A stretch of 63,831 bases of DNA, filler included. It is 6 parts of 6 records of this genome, joined end to end, with 100 filler letters (N's around TTAATTAATTAA, not from the genome) between each part and the next. Parts side by side here need not be neighbours in the genome. Positions count along the whole stretch, not along the records: positions 1 to 20,534 come from SRR31156797_4749; 5 more parts are not named here. One strand, 5' to 3'. This document shows, piece after piece, positions 1 to 10,871 of this stretch. The notes under the pieces are model-generated. The model was not told where the DNA came from and did not search any database. It saw only the letters and a program-made list of their open reading frames with translations. The translations under genes and the position numbers were made by a program. The first letter of the stretch is position 1. Each line of letters begins with the position of its first letter.

Positions 1-2
1 GA

Positions 3-839
3 AGGAATCCAGCAACTCCAGTTGGAATAAGTCCAGAGTACATCGCCGTTTTTTGGGTTAATACCTACCACATTACTTGGCACCTGATCGCCACCGCCCC
101 GGCCACCGCTTGATGCAGTTATCATGATTACCTGATCTTCACCATCGATTTTTGCGATTGTAGGACTAACAAATCCCAGGTTTCCAAGAGATTCTGTTTT
201 CCAAACAACATCTCCTGTTTGTTTGTTATAAGCAACCACACCTGCTTCCGGAGCCTGAGAGGCTAAAATCAGTAAATCGCCATAAATTACAGGACATTGA
301 GCAATTGCCCATACCGGAAAATTTCCTCCGCCTTGCAAGCCACTGAATCCACCTTCAGATTCTTCGGCAGGTTGTCCCCCGAAGTCAGTCCATACATTTT
401 TATTCCATACAGGTTGTTGTGTGTTTATATCAAAGCAATATAAATGCCCGTTGTGCCCACAGGAATAAACATACTTATCATCTACAGCAGGAACACTTCT
501 TGAACCGGGAAATTCAACTGAGCCCGGCGCTTCGTATCCATACTTCCAGAGTTCTTTTCCGGTTTCCATATCAAAGCATCTCATATAATCGCCGTATTCA
601 TCATCTCTATCCAGAATATAGGCTTTTCCGTCTTTAATCACCGGACCGCCAAAACCTTTTCCTACATCAGTTGTCCAAAGAACTTCAGGGCCGCTTTCGG
701 GCCAGGTTTGCAGTAATCCATCCTGTGTGGCAGTGCTGTTTCCATTTGGGCCTAGAAACTGGGGCCAATCCTGAGCAAAAATACTGGTGGTAAAATTTAC
801 CAGTAAAATTGCCACTACAATTAACAATTTGATTTTCAT
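3..839 (-). CDS. PQQ-binding-like beta-propeller protein, exported (3'-truncated at window edge)
   Basis: Missing from the ORF track. Manual translation from ATG at 839 gives MKIKLLIVVAILLVNFTTSIFAQDWPQFLGPNGNS...QCPVIYGDLLILASQAPEAGVVAYNK, a clear paralog of 3280-4566; the frame stays open to the window edge. Confidence 0.85.
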   Translation of the reverse strand, partial: MKIKLLIVVAILLVNFTTSIFAQDWPQFLGPNGNSTATQDGLLQTWPESGPEVLWTTDVGKGFGGPVIKDGKAYILDRDDEYGDYMRCFDMETGKELWKYGYEAPGSVEFPGSRSVPAVDDKYVYSCGHNGHLYCFDINTQQPVWNKNVWTDFGGQPAEESEGGFSGLQGGGNFPVWAIAQCPVIYGDLLILASQAPEAGVVAYNKQTGDVVWKTESLGNLGFVSPTIAKIDGEDQVIMITASSGGRGGGDQVPSNVVGINPKNGDVLWTYSNWSCWIP

Positions 840-971
840 AATGATTGTTCTTTAATTAATTTTGGTTTTATTGTTTAAAAAAATTATTCATGTTGTGATT
901 CTACCAATTTGTTTTTGACCAGATTGATTTTTTAAAGTTTAATCTGGTATTCATTTATTTCAATCTGATTA

Positions 972-1871
972 TCAATAAAAAAATAGTCTGTCTACAATAA
1001 ATCCGGTTAGTATGGATATCAAGACAATAAAAATTATATAAAATAAGAAACTTTTGGCCCCGAGAATAATTTTTAGTGCACCCAGGTTTGTAAATTTTGT
1101 TGCCGGGCCTATTACCATAAATGTCAGGGCGGCCCCTAAAGTCATTCCTCTGTTTAGCCAGTCCAAAATTAAAGGAACGGTTCCACCTCCGCAAACATAT
1201 AATGGCACACCCAAAGAGGTAGCCCAAAGTACTCCCAATTCTTTTTGACCAACAAAAACTTTTGTAAATGCTTCGTTTGGGACATAACGCTGGAATAATG
1301 CTGTTAATACAATCCCAATAACAAAATAGATTCCGGTAGCTTTAAGGTTGCGCCAAATATTTTTGAGCAGGCGAATAAATAAATTCGGATGTATGTCCCT
1401 GTCTGCGCGTTTGTTAAATCCGGAAAGTGTAAAAATGGATTTGTCACGATAGAAGAAATTTACCAAAACACCTGCAATAATCCCGGTTATAATACTTGAT
1501 ACGATGCGTAAAGTAAAAGCTTTTGTGCCAAGTACCCCGCTGTAAATCATCAACTGGGGGTTCAGCAGTACGGAACTCATCATAAACGCAGCCAGCCAGT
1601 CTTCACGCATTCCCTTTTTTGCAAACGAGGCAACAACCGGAATAGTTCCATACATGCAAACCGGCGATGCTATGCCAAGTATACTGGCCGGGATTATCCC
1701 TATAATTCCCAATTTTGATTTGGATATTCCGCCAAACAAATTATATATACCTGATTTTGCAAAAACAGATACTAGTGAACCAACAACGACACCAATTATC
1801 CAGTAAGGTGCAATTTGTTCGAGCAGTACCGTAACGTAGTACCAGAGATAAATAAATTCGCGTTTTAACAT
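972..1871 (-). CDS. Permease, ArsP/DUF318 family
   Basis: Two hydrophobic halves with the family Cys motifs SPVCMYGTIP and PLYVCGGGTVP. Confidence 0.8.
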   Translation of the reverse strand: MLKREFIYLWYYVTVLLEQIAPYWIIGVVVGSLVSVFAKSGIYNLFGGISKSKLGIIGIIPASILGIASPVCMYGTIPVVASFAKKGMREDWLAAFMMSSVLLNPQLMIYSGVLGTKAFTLRIVSSIITGIIAGVLVNFFYRDKSIFTLSGFNKRADRDIHPNLFIRLLKNIWRNLKATGIYFVIGIVLTALFQRYVPNEAFTKVFVGQKELGVLWATSLGVPLYVCGGGTVPLILDWLNRGMTLGAALTFMVIGPATKFTNLGALKIILGAKSFLFYIIFIVLISILTGFIVDRLFFY

Positions 1872-1940
1872 GCAAAAGAAAATTGTTGACTCATTTATTG
1901 ACTAGTATTTCCAAATATTAAGTGTGCAAGTATTACAGTG

Positions 1941-3191
1941 CTAATCCATTTTCAACAATGATGAAGCTCCCGCAACCTTGCCATCTTTTTTAAACTGAAC
2001 GATATATCGTCCTTGTTTTAATGCCTGAATTGAGAGTGTGGATTCACTTTTGTATTTTGCCACTTCCCTGCCATCCATATCAACAAAATGAACATAATCA
2101 AAGTGGTTATAATCAGAAATTTGAATTATTGATTTTGCCGGATTCGGATAAATTTTTACTGTAGGAATACCAATTTCTTCAACAGAAGTGGCAATGACTG
2201 ACTTTAGGTCATAAGTCCTGCTTCCGAAACCGATTTCTTCGCCATGTTCAAGCGTATGAATTCCGTTGCGGGATTCCATTCGTTGAATAAGATCGTGGCC
2301 ATCAGATGCTGAATAAACCAGGTCAACACATGCCTGATCGAGGGCAACCGGATCCAGTGAAGCAAGAATTCCAATATCAGCCATGGTTGGTTCAGCCGGA
2401 TGCGAGTTACAATCGCAGTCGACCGACAAACGATACATGACATTGATGTACAGAATGCTATCGCCAAAGTTGTTGGCTACTGCGGATCCTGCTTCTGCCA
2501 TTGATTCAAGAAACGGATCCTGTGCACCGCCCCAGGGGCTGGACATGCTGTTTCCTGAAGAATGAATCCAACACTTCCCTGCTGTGGAAGCTATACCAAT
2601 TGACATGTTTTTAATGGCTCCTCCAAAACCTCCCATCGCATGACCTTTGAAATGCGAAAGGACAATTAAAAAATCATAATTGGCCAAATGAGAACCTACA
2701 AAATCTTCTTGAATGCGGGTTCCATTGGGAACAGGGAGCGATATATACCCGTTTTCATCCATAATATCTGTTGGAGCAATGGCAGCAAAACCATGGTCAA
2801 TCATGACCTGTTTGTGCATAGCAGTACTTGCCCTGCCCCCTCCGTAAGCTGTATTGCACTCCACAATGGTACCATCAACAGTTTGAACGAGTTCTTTAAT
2901 TAGTTCAGGATGTAAGTAGTTGTTTCCACCAGGTTCGCCGGAGTGGATTTTAACAGCAACCTTACCTTCTGCTTTACGACCCAATGCTTCATAAACAGCC
3001 AATAATCCATCAGAACTAATATCCGTGGACATATAAACCACAGAAGGATCAGTTTCCATGTTTTTTGAGGTCTTTTTAACAATAGTTGAGGTCTTTTTTT
3101 CAACAACCTTTTGGTTTTGTTTGGTGTACGAAGAGATTATAAATGCCAAAACCAAAACAAGAAACAGGAATAAAATCGGTCTTTTTTTCAT
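1941..3191 (-). CDS. DUF362-domain protein with N-terminal signal and C-terminal T9SS type A sorting domain
   Basis: KVAVKIHSGEPG, SHFKGHAMGGFGGAIKN, VDCDC and DPVALDQAC motifs; C-terminal IYPNPA...GRYIV. Confidence 0.8.
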   Translation of the reverse strand: MKKRPILFLFLVLVLAFIISSYTKQNQKVVEKKTSTIVKKTSKNMETDPSVVYMSTDISSDGLLAVYEALGRKAEGKVAVKIHSGEPGGNNYLHPELIKELVQTVDGTIVECNTAYGGGRASTAMHKQVMIDHGFAAIAPTDIMDENGYISLPVPNGTRIQEDFVGSHLANYDFLIVLSHFKGHAMGGFGGAIKNMSIGIASTAGKCWIHSSGNSMSSPWGGAQDPFLESMAEAGSAVANNFGDSILYINVMYRLSVDCDCNSHPAEPTMADIGILASLDPVALDQACVDLVYSASDGHDLIQRMESRNGIHTLEHGEEIGFGSRTYDLKSVIATSVEEIGIPTVKIYPNPAKSIIQISDYNHFDYVHFVDMDGREVAKYKSESTLSIQALKQGRYIVQFKKDGKVAGASSLLKMD

Positions 3192-3279
3192 GATTTTTTG
3201 GTTTTTAAGTTGATGTCGATACAGAATTAAGATTATGTTGAAATTTTAACGGTCATGAATGAACATTAGAATTAATAGT

Positions 3280-4566
3280 TTATTCGCCAACCTTGACACA
3301 CTTTAACTGCTTTTGATCCCGGATCAAAAGCTTGCCATCGGAAAGAGCTATGGGCGCCCAATTTTGTGTCGCTCCTCCAATTCCTGAAGAATTTCCATTG
3401 CCTTTTTCCAGCAATTCTGCTGAAGCAAGCACTTTAATAGCCGAAGGATCAGGATCAATAAGATATAATCGGGTAGCGCCATCGGTACAAAGCAACATGC
3501 CATCGGCCAAAATCATACTGCCTTTATCGAAAGATGGTTCGCGTTTGGTCTTCCACATTATCTGGCCGTCCATACTCATGCACACCATACCATCGCGTCG
3601 GTTATTAGTTCCGTACTGAGCATAAAAATAGCCTTTATGCAAAATTGCAGGCTTGGTATGTGCACCAAACTCTTCCGTCCTGAAAAGTTCTGAAGCACCG
3701 TAAGTACCATCTTGCGTCTTGTCGATTTGTAACATAACCGCTCCCAGCTCATATCCACCAATCACAAGTACTTTATTGTTTCCTGCATCAATGGCTGACG
3801 GAACCGGAAACTCGCATTGCCAGTTTGTAAATTCCCATAAAGTTTTACCATTGAGTGGATCGTAACCCACAATTTTACCGCTGCCACCTCTTGGAGAAGC
3901 CGATATCATGATAAGCTGATCTTCTCCATCAATTTTTACTATAGCCGGGCTGACATTTCCAACCGCTGTGCCAAGGGGCGGCGTTTTCCATCTCAGATTA
4001 CCGGTAATTTTATCAAAAGCTACCACTCCTGCGTCAGGAGCCTGAGAAGCAAGAATAAGCAAATCGCCATAAATCAGCGGGCATTGCGAAATACCAAACA
4101 TCGGTATTCTTTCCCCTCCAAAATCCGTCCAGATGTTTTTGTTCCAGACAGGTTTGTGCGTATTGATATCATAGCAAAACAAGTCGCCGTTTTGTCCACA
4201 CGAATAAACAAAATTATCGTCTGCAACAGGAACACTCCGTGAACCTGGAAAAGGCATAAAACCGGAAGCTTCATAACTAAAATTCCAAACCTCCTGTCCG
4301 CTTTTAAGATCAAAACACCGCATTTTATCAGATGTATCTTCGTGGTCTAGCAAATAAACCTTATCGTCTTTTATTACAGGCCCACCATAACCAATGCCTA
4401 CCGGCACAGACCAAAGTAATTCCGGACCTTCTTCAGGCCAGGTACGAAGAATATTTTTTTGAGGCGAGGTACTGTTTCTTTCAGGCCCAAGAAATTGCGG
4501 CCAATCCTGGGCATACAAATTCACAACGAACAAAAAAGTCAGGATGAAAAAGGTTAGTTTCTTCAT
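3280..4566 (-). CDS. PQQ-binding-like beta-propeller protein, exported
   Basis: Signal peptide followed by AQDWPQFLGP; repeated Trp-docking motifs (GQEVW, GNLRWK, GKTLWE). Confidence 0.85.
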   Translation of the reverse strand: MKKLTFFILTFLFVVNLYAQDWPQFLGPERNSTSPQKNILRTWPEEGPELLWSVPVGIGYGGPVIKDDKVYLLDHEDTSDKMRCFDLKSGQEVWNFSYEASGFMPFPGSRSVPVADDNFVYSCGQNGDLFCYDINTHKPVWNKNIWTDFGGERIPMFGISQCPLIYGDLLILASQAPDAGVVAFDKITGNLRWKTPPLGTAVGNVSPAIVKIDGEDQLIMISASPRGGSGKIVGYDPLNGKTLWEFTNWQCEFPVPSAIDAGNNKVLVIGGYELGAVMLQIDKTQDGTYGASELFRTEEFGAHTKPAILHKGYFYAQYGTNNRRDGMVCMSMDGQIMWKTKREPSFDKGSMILADGMLLCTDGATRLYLIDPDPSAIKVLASAELLEKGNGNSSGIGGATQNWAPIALSDGKLLIRDQKQLKCVKVGE

Positions 4567-4701
4567 AGTTGAAATTTAGTTTAAGATTAAATTAATGCAA
4601 ATTTTATTGAACAACAAGTTGATGCGACGAATTGCTATTTAAACAGGACGTTTAGTTGATTTTTGCATTATCCTTTTGTATGCCCGGTTATTTTATCAAA
4701 A

Positions 4702-5469
4702 CTATTGTACTTCTACATATTTCTTGTTAAAGGTATAGCTCACTCCCACGTTCCAAAGGAAACCGTAGTCCGATGGGATGTCTGATTTGATAGGGTTACT
4801 GAGCACTCCGGAGATTGAAAACGGGCTATTCGGGTTAGTGAAGTAAAACCGGGTGCTAAAAAACACTCCTTCTTTTCCCATTTTCAGAAAATAAACTTCG
4901 GGTCTTATTCGGGCTACTGTATTTTTAAAAATAGGGATGTTTGAAATTGTAGGCTGGAATGATGCCAGGTAAGAATTTTTGATCATATATGGATCCAATC
5001 CACGGGCATAAAAAAGATATGCGCCTATACCAATGTATTTATTTATCTGATAATTTGGTGACATGGCTCCCACCAAATATCGATTTGTTCGGGTAACCGC
5101 ATAGTCTGATCCATCCGCGTTGAATAAATCAATTGTTTTAAAAGACAGGGAATAATTGGTATGATACGTAATTTTAAATTTCTCACTGATCGCTCCGTAA
5201 TATCGCGTCCATAATACCAAAGCCCATGGCTTTCCTGTTTTTAATGAAACCCTAAATTCAGGTTCAAACGACAGCTTTCCGCCCATTTTCATATTCATGA
5301 GAACCGCAGGTTCACCTAACGTAAGGTTGGGAATGGTTGAAATACCTTTATTTTGAATGGTAACTGTAGCCGAGAAGTTGTTTATTTTATCACTGGAATT
5401 ATCTTCTTCCTGTCCGAATAATGAAGCTGTAATTAATAAAAATAAGAATATAGACAATATGGTTTTCAT
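4702..5469 (-). CDS. Hypothetical exported protein, probable outer-membrane beta-barrel
   Basis: Signal peptide, alternating beta-strand pattern, ends WNVGVSYTF; paralog of 17663-18466. Confidence 0.6.
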   Translation of the reverse strand: MKTILSIFLFLLITASLFGQEEDNSSDKINNFSATVTIQNKGISTIPNLTLGEPAVLMNMKMGGKLSFEPEFRVSLKTGKPWALVLWTRYYGAISEKFKITYHTNYSLSFKTIDLFNADGSDYAVTRTNRYLVGAMSPNYQINKYIGIGAYLFYARGLDPYMIKNSYLASFQPTISNIPIFKNTVARIRPEVYFLKMGKEGVFFSTRFYFTNPNSPFSISGVLSNPIKSDIPSDYGFLWNVGVSYTFNKKYVEVQ

Positions 5470-5567
5470 ATGATTCTTAGTTTTTGATTTTATTTTGAAA
5501 ATAAATATGAAGTTAGAACCGTCGGATTCTATTTTGCTTAACCCGGCGATTCTAATTTTTTATATTT

Positions 5568-5600
5568 AGCAGGCGACTTAAAGTCACCTGCTGATTTTTT
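5568..5600 (-). terminator. Hairpin downstream of the carboxylesterase gene
   Basis: AGCAGGCGACT-TAA-AGTCACCTGCT inverted repeat; a second imperfect hairpin lies at about 5513-5555. Confidence 0.5.
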
Positions 5601-5605
5601 AAAGA

Positions 5606-7249
5606 TTAAATTCCACGTGATTGTACTTTATCTCTGAACTTGAAAGCCTTTTCAATCACATCCAGTCTTGCTTTTCTTGGATCGGTTTTGCCGACTGGTG
5701 TACCATCGGGCTGAACGTCGAGAATCTCTTCATTTTTAGTGTCGTATAGTGGCCATTTTGGTAGTCCTTGCCCATTTGGATCGCCGGTTTTGGCGAAGTT
5801 TACCCAATAGGCATTCATTATTCTGGCTACCTCCTTTTCCTCGGCTGTTGGAGGTGGTGGTGGTGGGCCAAAGCCTCCTCCTGCACCAAGGTTATCAAAT
5901 GCGAAAGAAATATCTGTTCCATGTCCTGCGCCATAAATTGCTCTTTCGCGCATTGCTGCAGGTACAAAGTCAAAATGAAATATATATGAAGGTTGTTCAT
6001 TAGCACGAAATACCCTTGCAGTCATTCGGGCAGGTTCTCCCCATACCCAGTCTGTATTTAATCTTGTTTGTACTTCAGCAAATTCTTTATCTCCTTCCGG
6101 ATCAAAAGCTGCTTTTGCCTCTTCTTTCAAATCTCCAAACTGAGAAAATAGTTCTTCTTTTGTTGTGCTGTTACTAACAAATGCACCACCAATTTCTGCA
6201 CTGCAATTTCCAATCATTAAAGGTACCTTTGCTTGTCTGCCTGCCATATAGGCACTTTCAGCAGTTTCTACAACAAATTTACCATCAAAAATCGGTCCTG
6301 GGTAGATTCGAGGGCCACCTTGTCCGTCTGTTTCTCCACCTCCTACAATATCTTCCACAGGAAGGGCACGTAACTTCGCCAGAGCAGCTGCATCTGTTTC
6401 TTCAATTCCATGCATGCGGGCAAAGTTTTTTCCAATAGTTTCGGCTGAAACTTTGTAAAGAGCATCAGCATTTTCTTTATTAATCGGCCTGCCGGTAAGA
6501 ACACCGTCTCTGCCACCGCTGGAATGTCCGATTGCTTTGTGGAAAAGACCCTGAGCATTAGGAATGGTCATTAATGAATGTACAGATACTCCACCAGCCG
6601 AGAAACCGAAAATGGTCACATTATCCGGATTGCCGCCAAATGCGGCAACGTTATCTTTCACCCATTGCAATGCTGCAATCTGATCCATGAATGCGTAACT
6701 GCCCTTGGCTTCTTCCGGACGCTCTTCACTCAATGCAGGAAATGCAAAATGACCAAGACGGCCCAGGCGATAATTCATTGAAATCAGGATTACTCCTTGT
6801 TTGGCAAATCCAACTCCTGATGTGTTTCCGCTTCCACCGGTAAAACCACCACCATGAATCCAAACCATAACAGGTAATTTTGCTCCTTGTTTTGCATCGG
6901 CAGGTTTCCACACATTAAGATACAGGCAATCTTCCGATGAACCTTCAGAAATTGTTCCGGGAGCAGCGCCCCATCCTGCCGTTGCACAAGTTGGTCCAAA
7001 CTCGGAAGCATCACGAATACCTTCCCACGGTTTTACGGGTTGTGGCGGGCGCCAGCGAAATTCGCCAACTGGCGGAGCAGCAAATGGAATACCTTTAAAA
7101 CTGGAAACATCTCCGTCCGTAACACCCTGTACAATTCCTGAAACTGTTTTTACTGTAGGTGCCTCACTTTGCGAATTGTTTTTAACAGTTTGTCCGGCAA
7201 ACAAACTACAACTAATAATAAGGGCTAATGCCGTTAATAAATTTTTCAT
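5606..7249 (-). CDS. Carboxylesterase type B, exported
   Basis: FKGIPFAAPPVG, SEDCLYLNVW, WIHGGG oxyanion motif, nucleophile motif GFSAG, GAGHG. Confidence 0.92.
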   Translation of the reverse strand: MKNLLTALALIISCSLFAGQTVKNNSQSEAPTVKTVSGIVQGVTDGDVSSFKGIPFAAPPVGEFRWRPPQPVKPWEGIRDASEFGPTCATAGWGAAPGTISEGSSEDCLYLNVWKPADAKQGAKLPVMVWIHGGGFTGGSGNTSGVGFAKQGVILISMNYRLGRLGHFAFPALSEERPEEAKGSYAFMDQIAALQWVKDNVAAFGGNPDNVTIFGFSAGGVSVHSLMTIPNAQGLFHKAIGHSSGGRDGVLTGRPINKENADALYKVSAETIGKNFARMHGIEETDAAALAKLRALPVEDIVGGGETDGQGGPRIYPGPIFDGKFVVETAESAYMAGRQAKVPLMIGNCSAEIGGAFVSNSTTKEELFSQFGDLKEEAKAAFDPEGDKEFAEVQTRLNTDWVWGEPARMTARVFRANEQPSYIFHFDFVPAAMRERAIYGAGHGTDISFAFDNLGAGGGFGPPPPPPTAEEKEVARIMNAYWVNFAKTGDPNGQGLPKWPLYDTKNEEILDVQPDGTPVGKTDPRKARLDVIEKAFKFRDKVQSRGI

Positions 7250-7379
7250 TTCGTTCTATTTTTTGTTGTTATTGGTTTTAATTATTTATGTTCGCTACAT
7301 GTTTTAAATTGTATAAAAGACTGCAACCCCAACTCTAGTATCTAACTCACTATTCCATCTTCTCCTAATCATTCAGAAT

Positions 7380-8300
7380 TTATTGGAAACGTTCAATCTG
7401 TTCTAAAGTCATATTGAAAAAGCGCTTGTCCTTGTTCAGAGAACGCATTGTCGCCATTTCTTCATCGCTTAATACAAAATCGAAAATATTAATATTTTCC
7501 TTAATGTGGGCAGGATTTGTCGCTCCCGGTATTACGGAGAAACCTTCCTGAATATGCCAGCGGAGTATAATTTGCACAATGCTTTTATTATGTGCATCGG
7601 CAATTGTTTTAATCACCGGGTCGGACAACAACCCAGCATCTCCATGCCCCAGTGGATACCAACACTCTATGATGATATCGTATGGTTTTACCCACTCCCG
7701 AATGTCAAGGCGTTGTGCATAGGGATGACATTCAATTTGCAGGGCAACAGGTTTAATTTCCATGTGATCAACAATTTCATGAAAGCGTTCGTTGCTGGCG
7801 TCAAAATTACTGATTCCCAATGCGCGTACTTTCCCTGATACAACGGCCTTTTCCATATCTTTCCAGGCCTCGACATATTCGCCAATAGGCTGATGGATAT
7901 ATAGCATGTCGATATAATCTGTTTGAAAGCGATCCAGAATAATGTCAATCGATTCAAGGGTTTTACCATCTGCATAATCGGAAACCCATAGTTTGCTGGT
8001 AATGAAAAGTTCTTCACGTGGAATACCGCTTTCTTTCATTGCTTCTCCAACGGCTCCTTCTACACGATATGCAGTGGCGCAGTCAACGTGGCGAAAACCA
8101 TTTTTAAAGGCCTCAAGACATGCCTCTTTTGCTTCTTCGTACGAGATTGCAAAAGTGCCAATTCCTAATTGGGGCATATCTATTCCGTTGTTCAGTTTTA
8201 AAGTTGGCACATTGCCATTTTCTTGTGCATTAACATGATTGATGCTACCGAATAGCAGAACGACTGCCATTAGTAGAAAATAATTTTTTGCTGTTTTCAT
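7380..8300 (-). CDS. Aldo/keto reductase (AKR5/DkgA-like) with apparent signal peptide
   Basis: Catalytic tetrad in DCATAY, TSKLW and IHQP; GISNF; IECHPY. Confidence 0.9.
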   Translation of the reverse strand: MKTAKNYFLLMAVVLLFGSINHVNAQENGNVPTLKLNNGIDMPQLGIGTFAISYEEAKEACLEAFKNGFRHVDCATAYRVEGAVGEAMKESGIPREELFITSKLWVSDYADGKTLESIDIILDRFQTDYIDMLYIHQPIGEYVEAWKDMEKAVVSGKVRALGISNFDASNERFHEIVDHMEIKPVALQIECHPYAQRLDIREWVKPYDIIIECWYPLGHGDAGLLSDPVIKTIADAHNKSIVQIILRWHIQEGFSVIPGATNPAHIKENINIFDFVLSDEEMATMRSLNKDKRFFNMTLEQIERFQ

Positions 8301-8378
8301 CTTTGTTGAAATTTTAATGTTTCTAACTATTCAATTTTTCGACAGTTAAAGCGTTTCGTTATTGTTCTGTATTATCGG

Positions 8379-8825
8379 TTATTGTTGGGTTGGAGGTGTC
8401 ATTAACCTTGTAAACGATAACGAACCTAACTTCCATTTACCTTCTTGTTTAATATACACTTCGGTCACTTCAAAAGGATTTGTCACTTCGTTTCCACCAA
8501 CTTCGGCCAGCAGGTCGATACGATTTAGAAGGATAGCTGTATTGTCAATTATATTTACCGATACTTCATGGATATCGGCCTTTTTATACCAAATTCCTCC
8601 ACTGCCTATAATATTCAGTTCCTGTTCTGTTCCCCATGAACCTCCCATGTGTACAAACACAGCTTTTTCGTGGAATAGAATTGCCAGGGCATCGGCATTT
8701 TTATCGGCCATCAATTGCCACTTATCTTTTGAGAGTTGAATTATTTCCTGTTCTGCTGAATTTTGTGCATTTGACCAATACCCACTTATCAGAAGTAATA
8801 AAAGTCCTAGAATTTTTGTTTTCAT
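8379..8825 (-). CDS. NTF2-like DUF4440 family exported protein
   Basis: Signal peptide; KWQLMADKN, AVFVHMGG and EVYIKQEGKWKL typical of DUF4440. Confidence 0.8.
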   Translation of the reverse strand: MKTKILGLLLLLISGYWSNAQNSAEQEIIQLSKDKWQLMADKNADALAILFHEKAVFVHMGGSWGTEQELNIIGSGGIWYKKADIHEVSVNIIDNTAILLNRIDLLAEVGGNEVTNPFEVTEVYIKQEGKWKLGSLSFTRLMTPPTQQ

Positions 8826-8849
8826 AATCATTCTTATTTAATATTTTGA

Positions 8850-9920
8850 TTACTTACTTATGTGTCTTTTCCAAAAATTAACTGCCAAATCCACCCATCC
8901 TTCAGCATCGGTGCCGGTGCCTAATCCAAAACCATGGCCGGCGTTTTCATACCTGTGATATTCAACATCTACTCCAGCCTTTCGCAAATTTTCCACTCTT
9001 CTTTCCACTGTGTTTATATTTACGATTCTGTCGTTTTTGGCAACGGTAAAAAATGCCGGAGAGAAATCACTGGAATAGCTTGATTGTCCGGTATAAGCAA
9101 TCACCGCAGTTGCCGGTTTGGGTAGATTGTTTCCACCGTAAGCCGACACACCGTTTAGCGCAATATTACCTGCCATCCTGGCTCCTGCCGATCCTCCCCA
9201 AACAGAATAGTCGCTGGTGTTTACTTCGAGCATTTCTTCATTTCGGAAAATGTACGATATTGCAGCTGCCAGGTCTTCAGTAGCCCACTGCCCGCTTCCA
9301 ATTCGATAACGAATAACAAAAGCATTTAATCCCAGTTCACTTATTCGCTGTGCCAAAGGAAAACCTTCATGAAGTGAGCCTACATATGAAAAACCTCCTC
9401 CCGGGCATATAACAGCAAAGGGAGCATTTGGTTTACCTCTAAAGAAAAACAGCCCTGTATTCTTTTTTCGTGAATCCTGTTCTTTTTGCTCGTCGGAATA
9501 GAAATCGTAAAAAATTGTTTCCCCATTATTTACTTCGTCAATCATGTAATTGACTGATTCAACAACATCGGCAGGATTTACATTACTATGGTAAGGCATT
9601 AGTGTTCCTACATTATAAAGCGGCGTATTGTAATATGCTGAATTGTTGTCGTGCGATAACAGCAATTCACCAAAATTATTAAATGCCGGGTGATTTACAA
9701 TGTCGCGGACATAATGATCGGTTGTTAAATGATAAAGCATTTCACCGGATTCATTTGAAGTTTCAGATTGAATATTATCTTCATCAGCTCCTGTAGATTC
9801 TTTATTTATACAACTTAAATTGATGACAATAAAAAACAACATTATGAAACTATAGCTATGTGTAAAAACATCTCTTTTAAATTTCATAAAATTGATTTTA
9901 TGTTTTTTATTTAAAATCAT
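8850..9920 (-). CDS. Alpha/beta hydrolase (esterase), probable lipoprotein
   Basis: CPGGG, GGSAG nucleophile motif, GHGFGLG; LSC lipobox; the true start may be downstream. Confidence 0.8.
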   Translation of the reverse strand: MILNKKHKINFMKFKRDVFTHSYSFIMLFFIVINLSCINKESTGADEDNIQSETSNESGEMLYHLTTDHYVRDIVNHPAFNNFGELLLSHDNNSAYYNTPLYNVGTLMPYHSNVNPADVVESVNYMIDEVNNGETIFYDFYSDEQKEQDSRKKNTGLFFFRGKPNAPFAVICPGGGFSYVGSLHEGFPLAQRISELGLNAFVIRYRIGSGQWATEDLAAAISYIFRNEEMLEVNTSDYSVWGGSAGARMAGNIALNGVSAYGGNNLPKPATAVIAYTGQSSYSSDFSPAFFTVAKNDRIVNINTVERRVENLRKAGVDVEYHRYENAGHGFGLGTGTDAEGWVDLAVNFWKRHISK

Positions 9921-10005
9921 AACTCCGTTGTATTAAATCTGCTCATATAAATCGCCAAAAATCGTTCAAGATTACTTGATAATTGCCGGTGAAAGTTTCC
10001 GATGG

Positions 10006-10863
<858 letters not shown>

Positions 10864-10871
10864 TCACCACT

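Noticed and set aside
7321-7378. Weakly 7-periodic pyrimidine-rich tract between the AKR and esterase genes
   Set aside because: Too degenerate, with no partner inverted arm or four-helix-bundle gene nearby.
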